NCBI GenBank assembly: GCA_951406725.2
Contig: OX597826.1
Location: forward strand, 8,184,001-8,248,000
Origin: Octopus vulgaris
Taxonomy: Eukaryota
Reading direction: 5' to 3'
DNA: 64,000 nucleotides
Shown: positions 25,959 through 39,823 of the stretch, in pieces
How positions within the stretch are numbered: the first letter of the stretch is position 1
How the letters are laid out: every line of letters starts with the position of its first letter
The notes under the pieces: generated by a model
The model's input: only the letters and a program-made list of their open reading frames with translations
Database searches by the model: none
What the model was told of the DNA's origin: nothing
Position numbers and translations under genes: made by a program

Positions 25959-26299
25959 TTGATTGGGCTCATAAAAAATTATTCATAGGAGGATTTACTT
26001 GAGATACGCTTCATTTTTGGAGAATTCTCCAAGCGCTTTGCAAGGAGGCGTTTGGTTTTCGATTTTCTGTATTAGGTTTATTTACCAGAGATTAATTTAA
26101 GATTTGTTCTAAGAAATACACAACAACAATTTTAGTAATAACGGTAATTCTTAGACTGAATTCCTTACATGCGTCGTTTAGATGTTTTCTAACATTATTA
26201 AGGCGTCAGAGAGTTTTATTACGGAATGTGATTGGTCTGTTTCACAAAGTTTTAGATAAATTGGGCTCAGTTTGGTGCGGAATATCAACCGATTTGAAT

Positions 26300-27300
26300 C
26301 AAAATGTTTTTAAATTGGGCTACTACGTCATCTCTTTTAAGTAGAACGCATATTTTTGTAGAAATATGAAGCTTTTATTCTCACCTTCAAATATAGGTTT
26401 CTGTAAAGCCAGGCTATCAAACTTACATTGCGTATAGCCTTCGGAATGGCTGGCAGAGTTTGTCTGAAATCAGAGAGCAAGACTGTGATTCTATCACTGA
26501 AATCTTGTAAGATGTAATCGATAACTTCAAATGCACGTCCTTGAGACATTATCCCCTCATCCTTTCAGCTTTTCCTGCTTCAGAACCGTTGTCTGTCCAA
26601 TTTTTTTTACTAATAGTACACATAATTTTTTTTGTTCCTTCTCGCGCCATGCCTGGCTCATAAGGGCCGGTTTCCCGGTTTCTTGACTTATAGGTTCCCC
26701 ACCTGGACGGAATGGCAGTCCGTCGCAGGTGAGCTGCAAGATGCAGGAGGAAATAGTGAGAGAAAGTTGTGGCGAAAGAGTCAGCAGAAGTTCGTCATTT
26801 CCTTCTGCCTGAGCTACGTGGAGCTTGGGTGTTTCGCTCATAAACACACACATCGCCCGGTCTGAGATTCGAACCCGTCATCCTTCGACCGCGAGTTCGC
26901 TGCTTTAACCACTGGGCCATGTACACTGCACATAATACATAATACTGTCATTGTGTCCAAATATCAGTAGCTGTTTAAGAGTAGAATGGGCAGTTATGTC
27001 ACCTTTGAGCAATGTTGTAGCAATTCTACTACAATAACAATCTGTTTGAGTGAACGAACTTTTTTGCCAATGTTAGGTAGATCAAAATAGATTTGGTTGT
27101 TCCATCAAAAGCGTTGAGGAAAACTATTCCTCTCGAATCTGCTGTTACCAATTGTTTGATTCTCGTATAAATATAAACCAGGCGCATAAAACAAATGTAA
27201 TAAATTCCAGCTGTTAAATGTCTGTAAAGATTACCTGAAGAATCGCTCAACTGGGAGCTGCATCTTCAGTTCGTATTGAATCTGGCATCGGACACTGTTC
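26300..27300 (-). pseudogene. Helitron PIF1-type helicase relic, split by a SINE
   Basis: Degenerate motifs in order: GIVFLNAFDGTTKSILIYLTLAK (motif I), RIATTLLKGDITAHSTLK (Ia), DEGIMSQGRAFEVID (II), VLLSDFRQTLPAIPK (III). Confidence 0.8.
26627..26928 (-). mobile_element. SINE family A inserted in the Helitron helicase relic
   Basis: Reverse complement of family A; TSD CACATAAT at 26619-26626 and 26929-26936. Confidence 0.9.
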
Positions 27301-27407
27301 AGGTTCATTGCCAGTGATGGGTTGTTTACGTTACTTTTTATGTGTATCATTGGTTGATGTGGATTATTTTATTCCTGTAGTTATGTATATATACGTATTA
27401 CAGGCAT

Positions 27408-27608
27408 ACTCTTTTACTCTTTTACTTGGTCCGGTCATTTGGCTGTGGCCATGCTGGAGCACCGCCTTTAGACGAGCAGATCGACACCAGGACGTGATCT
27501 TTGGATGCCTAGTACTTATTCTATCGGTCTCTTTTGCCGAACCGCTAAGTGACGGGGACGTAAACACACCAGTATCGGTTGCCAAGCGATGTTGGGGGGG
27601 GGGGACAA
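27408..27608 (-). mobile_element. 3' half of SINE family C
   Basis: TTTTACTCTTTTACTTG..GGCCATGCTGGAGCACCGCC..GCCGAACCGCTAAG matches 28150-28350. Confidence 0.85.
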
Positions 27609-27723
27609 GCTTATATTTTGAGGTAAATACAACACGTAATTACATCATTTAATAAAAATTTATCCTTGGATAATATACATATATGGAACTAAAAATAAAA
27701 GCGAATGTAAATAACAACAACAG

Positions 27724-27990
<267 letters not shown>

Positions 27991-28149
27991 TAGCTAGCCC
28001 GCATCCAAGACTCCAGGAGATCCAGCAAAACCTGTGATAAAAAGGAATAATACTAGAACTAAAATCCATACGAACAACAGACTCATAATCTGCCTTACAC
28101 CACTGTACAAAGCGCTTAGATATCTCCCAATGGAGCGTGAAAATATGTT

Positions 28150-28567
28150 ACTCTTACTCTTTTACTCTTTTACTTGTTTCAGTCATTTGACTGTGGCCAT
28201 GCTAGAGCACCGCCTTTAATCGAGCAACTCGACCCCGGAACTTATTCTTTTGTAAGCCCAGTACTTATTCTATCGGTCTCTTTTGCCGAACCGCTAGATG
28301 ACGGGGACGTAAACACACCAGCATCGGTTGTCAAGCAATGATAGGGGGACAAACACAGACACACACACACACACACACACACGTATATATATATACATAT
28401 ATACGACAGGCTTCTTTCAGTTTCCGTCTACCAAATCCACTCACAAGGCATTGGTCGGCCCGAGGCTATAGCAGAAGACACTTGCCCAAGATGCCACGCA
28501 GTGGGACTGAACCCGGAACCATGTGGTTGGTTAGCAAGCTACTTACCACACAGCCACTCCTGCGCCT
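28150..28567 (-). mobile_element. Full-length bipartite SINE family C (tRNA head, CORE-like domain, internal (TA)/(TG) linker, (AAGAGT) tail)
   Basis: Minus-strand head AGGCGCAGGAGTGGCTGTGTGGTAAG..GGTTCAGTCCC and CORE-like ATCTTGGGCAAGTGTCTT; short TSD TATGTT at 28144-28149 and 28567-28572. Confidence 0.9.
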
Positions 28568-28899
28568 ATGTTGCTTGTTTTTATTCACATCTGACCTGAT
28601 GAACAAAAAAGGACGTAAAATTGGATCTTATGAATGCATGGATCCACTGCTAAATGAGTAGAATGGATTTATAAAGATAGTCAGAAGAGGGAAAAGAACA
28701 TCTCTCAGTAGCCTGAATAGACCACAATGAGGCCTTTGATACTCTTTCCCAAAGCTGGTTAAAGGAATTTTGTATCTCACATTAGGACGCTCTGGAAAAC
28801 GATATTAATTCTTCACCTCTGACTCTACAAATATAAATTCTGGACAACTCAATATTAATTGTGGTATCTTTCCAGGAGACTCATTATTCTACTTAGCAA

Positions 28900-29482
28900 T
28901 GTGTCGTCTAAGTAAACTCCTGAATGAAGCAATTTTTTTTTTGTTGTCGTTCAATTCGTGCGGCACCCGTTTCTCAAGTAGTTTTGTTTTTCCAATCTCT
29001 TTCAAGTGGTTGGAAGTTGTCATATACATTATGTCTAGTTCAGAAGCAAGCTCTCGAACAGTTGTGCGCGGATTGGCTTTCGACGAAGGTTCTTATTTGA
29101 TCGTTGTCAACATCCGATGGCCGACCACTACGCTTATCATCTTCAAGACTCTCGTCACCGCCACGAAATTTCTTGAACCACCATTGTGCAGTATGTTCAT
29201 TAGTGATTCCTGAGCCAAACGCATCGTTGATATCGCGAGCTGTTTCGGCCTAGCTTGACCTGGAATAAGAAAATTGTGCGAATTTGCTTTTTGTCCATAT
29301 TGTATTCAACGTTCAGGAAAAAAATTTCCTAATTATTCAAAAAGAAAATGAGTAACACTTTTAGATATAGCGAAAAACGGACTTTAAAATTATATATAAA
29401 GTAATTAAACGAAAATTTATTTGAAAATACATAATTTAAAACCAAAATTAAAAATTTCGCAAGAACTTTCTTGACAACCTCA
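28900..29482 (-). mobile_element. Mariner (Hsmar1-like) relic: 5' TIR and transposase N-terminus
   Basis: MDKKQIRTIFLF..AETARDINDAFG..AQWWFKKFRGGDESLEDDKRSGRPSDVDND..VPHEL with frameshifts; TIR-like GAGGTTGTCAAGAAAGTTCTTGCG at ~29481-29458. Confidence 0.88.
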
Positions 29483-29489
29483 TGCTTTT

Positions 29490-30940
29490 GAGTAATGCAA
29501 TTAGTCGAACCAGAACCTGGAGAAAATGGTCTTCAAGAGACAAGGCAAAAACACACAAAAAATATACCTATGCAAACAAGTTTTCGGTATATTAAGGAGA
29601 CATTGTAGTAAAGGCCGATTAGAATCAGCGATCCTGATGTATATCAAACCCTTATTTATCAGTGGTTTTTGTGCTCTGGTCTCAAACTTGAAATTAAGGG
29701 ATATATCACTGCTGCTCAGGACCATCCCGTTCGAATTAGGAGTTACCGGAGTTATGTCCTGAAATATGAAAGCAGCTCTTCATAGGTCAAACGTGGAGCA
29801 CATCCAGAGACAGTCGATCCCATAATCTCGGGGTGCAGCAGACTGACACCAACAAGGCGACACAGTGGCATATAAACTGGTCAATATGCCACAAGTACAA
29901 ACTCCCTCACAAAAACAAATGGCGGGAGCACAAGCCACCACAAGTTGTCCAGAATGTCAAGATTGCCATCCTTTCCAATTTCAGTGTTCAGCCTGATCGG
30001 AGAATATAGGAAAGACAAATCTGATCTCTGTGCAAAATCATATTGGAAAGATATGTCTTCTGATTGATACATACATTGCAAATTTTCTTAATATAGCAGA
30101 TTAGTAAATACACTATCAGAACACAAGCTAAACAACTAGAGGAGATTCGCTCTTACATACTCACGCGTGCGCACGTACATGTAAAATTCAAGCATTACAC
30201 ATCGTTCAGTTCAAGAAGAAAATACATACTTTGAATTTGATGCGAAAAAATATACAGACTGAGACGTGGAAATCTCAGCATTGCCAGTAGAAATAAACCA
30301 ATAACCTATTAATGTGATGACAACTGAATTAAATATTCGGGTTTTGCACCTAAAGCCAAACAAACAGTATAAATGTACACGAGGGAAATACGTTTCTGTA
30401 CATATTTTGCAGCTACATTTTACCCTAAAAACGAGACGACCATAAGATTTATATAGAATGTCTGGAAAAAGAAATAAACTCTGATCTAAAAGCATCTTTG
30501 GATCCCTGTTGCAAAAAATACATTTCCAAAACCAAAATGAGATCAGACATAGATATAGAACACTTGAAAGAAGGACACACATCGAAAAATAACGAACGAA
30601 CGAAAGAATACAGTATAAAGGAGATAAGGATGAGAATAAAATTATTAACGTTAAGTACATGAAGAACGTAAACATCGAAGATACACCTATGACATAGATA
30701 ACAAAGAAAAATAAATGGAAAATACGTCAGAATCAGTGAAATACCTACAACAAAGACGTAGTATAAACATATGCCAATTCATACGAACAGACAGGGAGAC
30801 TAAGGTGCATCGACCAGATATTGTCATCAAAGACCATCAAGAAAACAAATATCTGTTGATCAATAATATCAACTCCAACAGACAGCAATATATCTTTTAT
30901 AGAAATAGCGAAACTATGGAAATATAAGTATGTCGCTACT
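29490..30940 (+). mobile_element. Highly degenerate RLE LINE relic in two blocks (~29490-30100 and ~30700-30940)
   Basis: QWFLCSGLKLEIKGYITAAQD, ETVDPIISGC and RTDRETKVHRPDIVIKD..YLLIN match motifs of the 33222-34034 protein. Confidence 0.7.
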
Positions 30941-32200
30941 GAAGAAGAGTTCCTGATGCAGACAAATATAAAACTAAAATCTCAGCAGTTATGCATTTAC
31001 AAACACAAAGGAAAAAAAGAAACACTCTATCGTATGTAGTGTGCTTTCAATGCTTCAGAAAATTTTGAAAAGCAAGCAGAAAATTTGTGCGCAACGAATA
31101 TATACTTTTGCTAGCTTGTGCAATGAATTTATAGGATAGTTATAAAACTAATTCAGTAATAATATCGATGGTTCTTATATGGGTACCTGACGGGGATTTG
31201 GGGAAAAGAAGCAGTAGATTATATCGACGCCGATACCTGCCTAATATTTTATGTACTCCACCATAGGTTGAAAAGCAAAGCCAACATCGTGGACTTGAAA
31301 CCACTACGTACGGCAAGATAACCGATTTCAAAAAGCAGTTTCGTTTTTACCGATCAATCTACCACTATTTTAACCATAAAGGTTTTGAGAATGATTACGA
31401 TTTTTAATATTATTACATTTGGTGAAAGTGTGTAGATTTGACTAAAAGTTCTTCCGTATTTGAGTGGTAATTGTATTGAATATGGAAATATGATAAGCTG
31501 AACTACGTGGATTCGAATTCGGAATGGAAAGGTACATTACAAAATACCTCAAGACATGTTATCTGAGGTTGTAACAATTGTGACACTACACCGAACTTGC
31601 TCCTCCAACACACATCAAAATTTCATTTTATTTCACTACGATAAAAAGTCTTTTTGAAACCGCAAAACGTCTTCAATTCCTTCAAAAATTATTTAGCATA
31701 AATGTAAAGATTTCTTTTTTAAACGAAAACTTAAACGGCATATATGCAAGAATCGGGATGGCCCTATATTATCAGAAAAGTTGAAGTATGTATACAAAAG
31801 GACAGAATATAAGAAAACCTATACATCCTAAAAACTAAATGCACATACATACCCACAAACAACACTCACAAATACACATATTCATATGTAACCATATAAC
31901 TAAAATTATAATCCTTCGCTGTATATTGAGTATAAAAAATGGTGTAATATTAGGACATATAAACTCCCGTAACGGAACAAAATGGGTGTTAGGACGCGGG
32001 GGAATCGAAAATAAGAAGTGTGGATTCGATTCTCACGCGTGCTAATGCCTATTGTTTTCGTTACGGGGTTTCACATTCGATTATATTCTAATAATCTAAT
32101 TACAAGGAATTATTATTAAGGTTAGCAAAATTTCAAGCACCAGCATGCTAGTTACACACATCACTCCTACGCCTATACAGACATATTATTATTATTGTTG

Positions 32201-32505
<305 letters not shown>

Positions 32506-32525
32506 TTATTATTATTATTGTTATT

Positions 32526-32713
32526 CTATGTTTGACTTTTGCTTTATATTTGTACAAGTTGGCTCCAAGTCTCACCCAGAGACCTCAAGAGACAACAGGT
32601 TGGAAGTTCACGTTGTTGTTATGCCTAGTGTACCATATATTTGGTTGTTTGTTTTTGTGTTGTACTAGTGGATGTCTAAAAAAAAATTTTTGTTTTAAAC
32701 CTTGCGATTACAT
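32526..32713 (-). mobile_element. Isolated 3'-UTR stub of the RLE LINE family at 32998-34062
   Basis: CTATGTTTGACTTTTGCTTTATATTTGTACAAGTTGGCTCCAAG.. nearly identical to 32998-33225; (ATT)n on both sides. Confidence 0.9.
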
Positions 32714-32714
32714 A

Positions 32715-32768
<54 letters not shown>

Positions 32769-32796
32769 TTTATTTTTATTATTATTATTATTATTA

Positions 32797-32849
<53 letters not shown>

Positions 32850-32860
32850 TATTATTATTA

Positions 32861-32927
<67 letters not shown>

Positions 32928-32950
32928 CATTATTAATATTATTATTATTA

Positions 32951-32997
<47 letters not shown>

Positions 32998-32998
<1 letters not shown>

Positions 32999-34061
32999 TA
33001 TGTTTGACTTTTGCTTTATATTTGTACAAGTTGGCTCCAAGTCTCACCCAGAGACCTCAAGAGACAACAGGGTTGGAAGTTCATGTTGTTGTTATGCCTA
33101 GTGTGCCATATATTTGGGGGTGGGGATGTTGTACTAATGAATGTCTAAAAAGAAAAAAAAAGGTTTTTTTTTTTTTTTTTTTTTTTTAAACCGAAAATTA
33201 TGTTTGTTTTAAACCTTGAGATTACATAGAGAGTATTTTGCGTAGGATATGAGCAGTTCCCATGAGCACTATCTTTTGAACTTCTACCATTTTTGGGTTT
33301 CCTGGTATCTGAGTTAGGTAGCTATCAGCCCCTTTTGCTATCATTCCCAGGGCACCTATGACAACAGGTATTGTTTTAGTCTTCAGCTTCCACATTTTGC
33401 TGATTTCTATTTCAAGATCTTTATATTTGCTCAGTTTTTGGTAGGTCTTGACAGATACGTTTATATCGATTGGGACAGTCATATCAATGAGGAGGCATGT
33501 TCTTTGTTTGAAGTTTTTCAATATGATGTCTGGCCTATTTGCATCTATCTTCCTGTCAGTTTGAATGGTGAAGTTCCAGAGGAGTGAGATGTGGTCATTT
33601 TCAAGCACTGGGGGTGGTTTGTGTTCCCACCAGTTTTTTTCATGGGGCAAATCCAGGTTTTTACAGATTACCCAGTGAATATATTGTGCAGCTCTATCGT
33701 GCCTGTTGAGATACTCTGTAGGCGCTAGAAGACTGCACTTGGAGACCACATGGTCAATGGTTTCATTTTGTTGCTTGCATACACGACACGTTGGACTGCT
33801 TCTGATCTTTAATATGTTGGCCTGGTAGTTTCTTGTTGGTAGGCATTGATCTTGAGCTGCTATGATAAACCCCTCTGTTTCAGATTTTAAGCCAGAGGCC
33901 ATTAGCCATTGATGGGTCAGGGCTTTGTCGATATCTGCATTATTCGCTCTCTTTGGGTATTTGCCATAGAGAGGTTTTTCTTGCCATTTATTATTCAGAA
34001 TATCTAAGGCCGCAGTTTTGGCACGGGTTTTCATGCGCCTAGCTTTTTCTGTGCTTGTTTC

Positions 34062-34062
<1 letters not shown>
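32998..34062 (-). mobile_element. 5'-truncated R4/Dong-like RLE LINE inserted in (AAT)n
   Basis: Open C-terminal ORF plus 3' UTR; both junctions abut (ATT)n. Confidence 0.93.
33222..34034 (-). CDS. C-terminal part of an RLE retrotransposon protein: CCHC zinc knuckle plus PD-(D/E)xK restriction-like endonuclease (5'-truncated)
   Basis: CRVCKQQNETIDHVVSKC, YLNRHD, RPDIILK..LIDMTVP, KLSKYKDL, PVVIGALG; 270 aa without stops. Confidence 0.92.
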   Translation of the reverse strand: MKTRAKTAALDILNNKWQEKPLYGKYPKRANNADIDKALTHQWLMASGLKSETEGFIIAAQDQCLPTRNYQANILKIRSSPTCRVCKQQNETIDHVVSKCSLLAPTEYLNRHDRAAQYIHWVICKNLDLPHEKNWWEHKPPPVLENDHISLLWNFTIQTDRKIDANRPDIILKNFKQRTCLLIDMTVPIDINVSVKTYQKLSKYKDLEIEISKMWKLKTKTIPVVIGALGMIAKGADSYLTQIPGNPKMVEVQKIVLMGTAHILRKILSM

Positions 34063-34114
<52 letters not shown>

Positions 34115-34248
34115 TCGCTTAGGCATAGCCATATTAACAAGCTGGTGCTAGAACTGAATATACATAAGTGCAAGTTCATGACATAATTTTTGGTTCTCAT
34201 TCTAATTTCTTATGTGTGTGTGCTTGTTTGTTTGTTTGTGTGTGTGTG

Positions 34249-34279
<31 letters not shown>

Positions 34280-36539
34280 CTCTTTGTCTGTATTCTCTAT
34301 GAATTGAGTATACAGCCATTTTACTGGCAATATATGTTTATATTTTCGAAAACCTCAATAGACTATTTAGCGCCCAAAAGAAATGGCAAGCAAAATACTT
34401 TTATTGAAATCGGTAACTTATTACTCTTATCAAGACGAATGAGAATGATAGACATTGGATGCGAGAAACAGTAAGAAAATTACCCTCAAATCTCAACCTA
34501 CAATCTTAATAAACATGATGCAGAGGAAAATATTATTGTAAATACAATATATCTGAAAACAAAATGGAATATTCATATGTATGGGATGTATATAATGATA
34601 GATCTATTCTCTCGAAACTGACCTATAACTTGAAACAACTAGTGGTATTTTATAATATCACTGTTTGTATTCAGACACCCATTTAGCATACATGTATGTA
34701 TATGCATATGTACGTCTGAATTCTGAATACAAATGGTTGTGTATTTAAAACGTTTCATTCGTGTCTATATACCTGCACGCCTGAACGTTTGAATATATAT
34801 ATGTAAATATGAAGTGATGTGTTTTTGTGTATGTATGTATGTATGTATGTATGTATGTATGTATGTATGTATGAGTGAAAATATCTATGACAATGGGTGT
34901 AGAAAAATCGAAGCATTGCATCAATGTAAGGTTGGAAGTTATATTTTTGATCTTTTTTTTTCCTCCCAGAAAACAAAAGAATTTATTGAGAAAATTGGCG
35001 CATATAAACATAACAGTCGAGAAAATACGCTATGGTTTCAATTACACCATTGTATGTATAAAAGAAAACTGGCTACCAATAACTACTAAGGCACGCGCAT
35101 ATATACATATGTATACATGAGTTTGTGCTTAGATAAATCTGTGTGTGTGTGCATATACAATATGCATATATACATACGTAATATATACATATAAACTCGT
35201 ATACGTGAGACTGTGCGGCTCTGTCGTCCCATGAACGTTTGCATACTCGGTTGAATGTTGCAAAATGCGTATATGTATCTAAAGATATACGCGTAGGCAT
35301 GTATTTTCAAATCTAAATACATCTACCAATATATGTAGGTGTGTGTATGTAAGTGTGTGTGTGTCTGTGTGTATGTGTGCACGTGTCCTTGCGTGCCTGT
35401 TTGCTGATGTGTATGTATATATGTATATATATTTATATATATATGTATATATACACACACATATATATATATGTATACATACATATATATACACATACAC
35501 ATATATATATAAACATACATATATATGTATGTATAAATATACACATACACACACATATATATATACACACACATATATATATACATATATATACATATAT
35601 ACGGATATATATATATATATATACATACACTCACATGTATATATATAGTTATGTATATATATATATGCGGTTATATAAATATAAATAAATGTATCAATAT
35701 ATACATATATATTTATATAAATAAATATATATGCATATATATATGCATATATACATACGTATACATATATATATATACATATACATGTATATACATTTAT
35801 ACATGCACACACACATACACGCACACACACACACACACACACACAAGCAAACGTACACACAACGGTATAGATAGTTGTATATCAACAGATGGACAAACTC
35901 CGGCAAGCATACACACGCATATACTCACACATATACACCCATAGAACACACACATATACACCCATAGAACACACACATATACACCCATATAGGTATGAAT
36001 TTTTACGCTAGGTCGCGCTAGCTATATATTATTCAATCAGTTATTCAGTCACTTCATCAATATGTATAACAGTCTGTTGAATTTTGAGGCTTCCTCCATT
36101 TTTTTTGCAGGATATCCATCCATCATTTCCTCTCTATTATTTTCAGCTAGCGTCGGTTGTCCTTATGTATATATGTATCTTTTACAGCCGATCCACATTT
36201 CTTCCCCATATATTTCTCTCCCCCGCCACCTCCCTCTGAAATTCTCTCATATTTCCTCTCACCATAACTCTCTAACAAACTGTACATGCATGCACACTCA
36301 CACATAAGACAGATATATGCTTCTATGCAAATAGATATAAGTTCACCTAACCTACATTATATATATATGTATATATGTATGCGTGTATGTATGTATTTAT
36401 GTATGTATGTATAAATGTACAAACATATATACATTTATATATATACATATGTACGTAAGAACACATACACACATATATATGAGAATATTCACATGCACAT
36501 TTACATAGATATATTCATATATATATATATATATATACA

Positions 36540-36631
<92 letters not shown>

Positions 36632-36886
36632 GTAGAAATGTACAAACATATATACATTTATATATATACATATGTCTGTATGAACACATACATACATATA
36701 TATATAAATATATTCACATACACATTTACATAGATATATTCATGTATATATATTCATATATATATATATATATATATATACGTATGTATTCATGGATGTA
36801 TTTACATATATATACATACATATGCATGAATGTATGTATGTATGTACGTATGTGTGTATGAATGGATATATTTGAGTACAAATGTG

Positions 36887-36971
<85 letters not shown>

Positions 36972-37004
36972 CAAAGAGAGAGAAAAAGAGAGAAAGAAAG
37001 AGAG

Positions 37005-37042
<38 letters not shown>

Positions 37043-37504
37043 AAGCAAACGGAAGAGCGTATAAAAGAGGAGATAAGCCATGAGATAGACCGTAAGTTTT
37101 AGAGTTTGTCTAGCAATAAATACATGCATTTTCCTCACACTTTCGACAATATGAAGCTACATCTAAGTCACAATGCAATAACTATATAGGCCATAATATA
37201 AAGTCCTGTCTTGTTATTGCTGCAAACATTGCGGGTTATATGCCATATACAGTCCAAATATTTCCTACCTGCTGTTTCCACATGATGTACATAACCAATT
37301 TCATTGCTTTTCGTATATTTACAGCTATATGGTTTGAGAACTTCATATCTATTCTGGCTAAATGTCAGACATAATGTGTTATGTGAAGGAATGCGGAGGA
37401 ATATCTGCTGTTGTATTCTCTACAAGTCACAAGTCAGGTGGTTCTCCGTCAAATTCGACGAGGAATAATCTTCTTGCTATTATTATTTTTATTATTATTC
37501 TGTG

Positions 37505-37965
37505 AGGCGGCGAGATAGCAGAATCGTTAGCACGCCGGGCGAAATACTTATGCTCTGAGTTCAAATTTCGCCAAGGGTCCAAATGAATAATGTACCAGTC
37601 GATTACTGAGTTCAATATAATCGATTATCTCCATCCCCCAATTTGAGGCCTTGTCCCTATAAGAGAAAGAGCTGTTGTTCTTGTTGTTGCTGCTGCAGCT
37701 GTTGCTGTTGCTGTTGTTGTTGTTGTTGTTGCTGTTGTTGTTATAAAGAAGGTAGTGAGGTGACAGAATCGTTAGCACGCCGGATAACATATTTCTCGGC
37801 ATTTCGTCTGTCTTTCTATTCTGAGTTCAAATTTTGCCGAGGTCGACTTTGCCTTTTGTTCTTTCGAAATCAATAAATTAAGTACCAGTGAAATACTGGG
37901 GTTCGTTGCAATCGATTAGCCCCATCCCCCAAAGTTTCAGGCCTTGTGCCTATAGTAGAAAGGAT
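37505..37965 (+). mobile_element. Two tandem short-tail SINE-B copies (~37505-37668 and ~37749-37965) separated by (GTT)n
   Basis: Two heads (GGCGGCGAGATAGCAGAATCG, GGTAGTGAGGTGACAGAATCG) and two GGCCTTGT.CCTATA tails. Confidence 0.85.
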
Positions 37966-37975
37966 TATTATTATT

Positions 37976-39742
37976 ATGTTTGACTTTTGCTCTACATTTG
38001 TACAAGTTGGCTCCAAGTCTCACCCAGACACCTCAAGAGACAACAAGTTGAAAGTTCATGTTGGTGTTATGCCTAGGGTGCCATATATTTGGTTTTGTAT
38101 ATAAAGTTGTTCTGGAGAATGTTTAAGAAACCATAAGAAAATTATGTTTGTTTTAAAATTTGAGATTACACAGGAAGTATTTTGCGTAGGATATGGGCAG
38201 TTCCCATGAGCACTATCTTTTGAATTTCTGCCATTTTGGGGTTTCCTGGTATCTGAGCTAGGTAGCAATCAGCCCCTTTTGCTATCATTCCCAGGGCACC
38301 TATGATAACAGGTATTGTTTTAGTCTTCAGGTTCCACATGTTGCTAATTTCTACTCCAAGATCTTTAAACTTGCTCAGTTTTTGGTAGGTCTTGACAGAT
38401 ACGTTTATATCGATTGGGACAGTAATATCAATGAGGACGTAGGATTTTTGTCTGAAGTCTTTCAATATGATGCCTGGCCTATTCGCATCTATCTTTCTGT
38501 CAGTTTCAATGGTGACGTTCCAGAGGAGTGAGATGTGATAATTTTCAAGCACTGGAGGTGGTTTGTGTTCTCACCAGTTTTTATCATGGGCAATTCAGGC
38601 TTTTGAAAATTACCCAGTGAATATATTGTGCTGCTCTGTCATGCCTGTTGAGATACTCTGTAAGCGCATGAAGGCTACATGATCAGTGGAGATCAACATC
38701 ATCAATGATTTCATTTTGTTGTTGACATACACGACATGTTGGGCTACTGCCGTTCTTTAATATGTTGACCTGGTAGTTCCTTGTAGGTAGGATTTGATCT
38801 TGGGCTGCTATGATAAGCTCTTCTGTTTCAGATTTTAAGCCAGCAGCCATTAGCCATTGATGGGTAAGGAATTTGTCAACATCGGCATTATTCGCTCTCT
38901 TTGGGTATTTGCCACTGAGAGGTTTTTTCTTGTCATTTATCATTCAGAATATCTAAGGCAGCAGTTTTAGCACGGGTTTTCATGCGCTTAACTTTTTCTG
39001 CGCTTGTTTCTCGTATGCCTAATTCCGGAATTTGTTGTATTCGGAATTCACTTAGATGTTCCTTTGCCTGTTTTGTTACTGAGTATGATGCTTTCTTGTT
39101 TTCATGTTTTGAAACAAGTTTTAAAATCAATTCCTCAGAGTTTTCAGAGTTTTTCAGGTAGGTGTATGGGCCAATTGTGGCAATCTTCATTGTTAATGCC
39201 AGTTGTAAAAGTCCACGGCCTCCCTCTTTTCTTGGCAGATAAAGTCGTTATATTTCTGGCTTAGGGTGGTGCATTCTATGCATTGTCAACAGTTTTCGTA
39301 TTTTTCTGTCAAGATTACGTATTTCAGTAATTGACCAGTTAATGATGTTGAAACTGTAAGTTACAACTGGTATGGCTAAAGCATTGATCGCTTCGATCCT
39401 GTTTCTCGCATTCAGCTCTGTCTTGAGTATTGCTCTTACTCTGCGATAACATTCTCTCCTGATCCTTTCCTTCATCACTGAATGCCTGATTCCGCTTCCT
39501 TCAATTACCCCTAGATATTTGTAGCTCTCCGCTGGGTCTAACTCTTTTATGACATTCTGCTGGTCAAGGTTAACGTTAGATGTTTCTGTCATCTTTCCAT
39601 ATAAATGAGATGATTTATATTTTCATCAAGCATTTTATATCCGTACTGTGCATCATTGAGCAATTTTGAGAGAGGTATTAAGGCTAAACAAAAGAGGAGT
39701 AGTTACATTGAGTCATCCTGGAAAATGCCACATGAAATTTGT
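37976..39742 (-). mobile_element. Degenerate, longer copy of the same R4/Dong-like LINE family (RT domain 4 to 3' UTR)
   Basis: GIFQDDS..LLFCLALIPLS..INHLIYM, YKYLGV, ECYRRVRAILKTELNARN, LDRKIRK, zinc knuckle and RLE remnants; frameshifted; flanked by (ATT)n. Confidence 0.92.
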
Positions 39743-39823
39743 ATTATTAATATTATTATTATTATTATTATTGTTGTTGTTGTTGTTGTTGTTGAGTAGT
39801 GTCCGCATTGCTTTTCATTGTGT

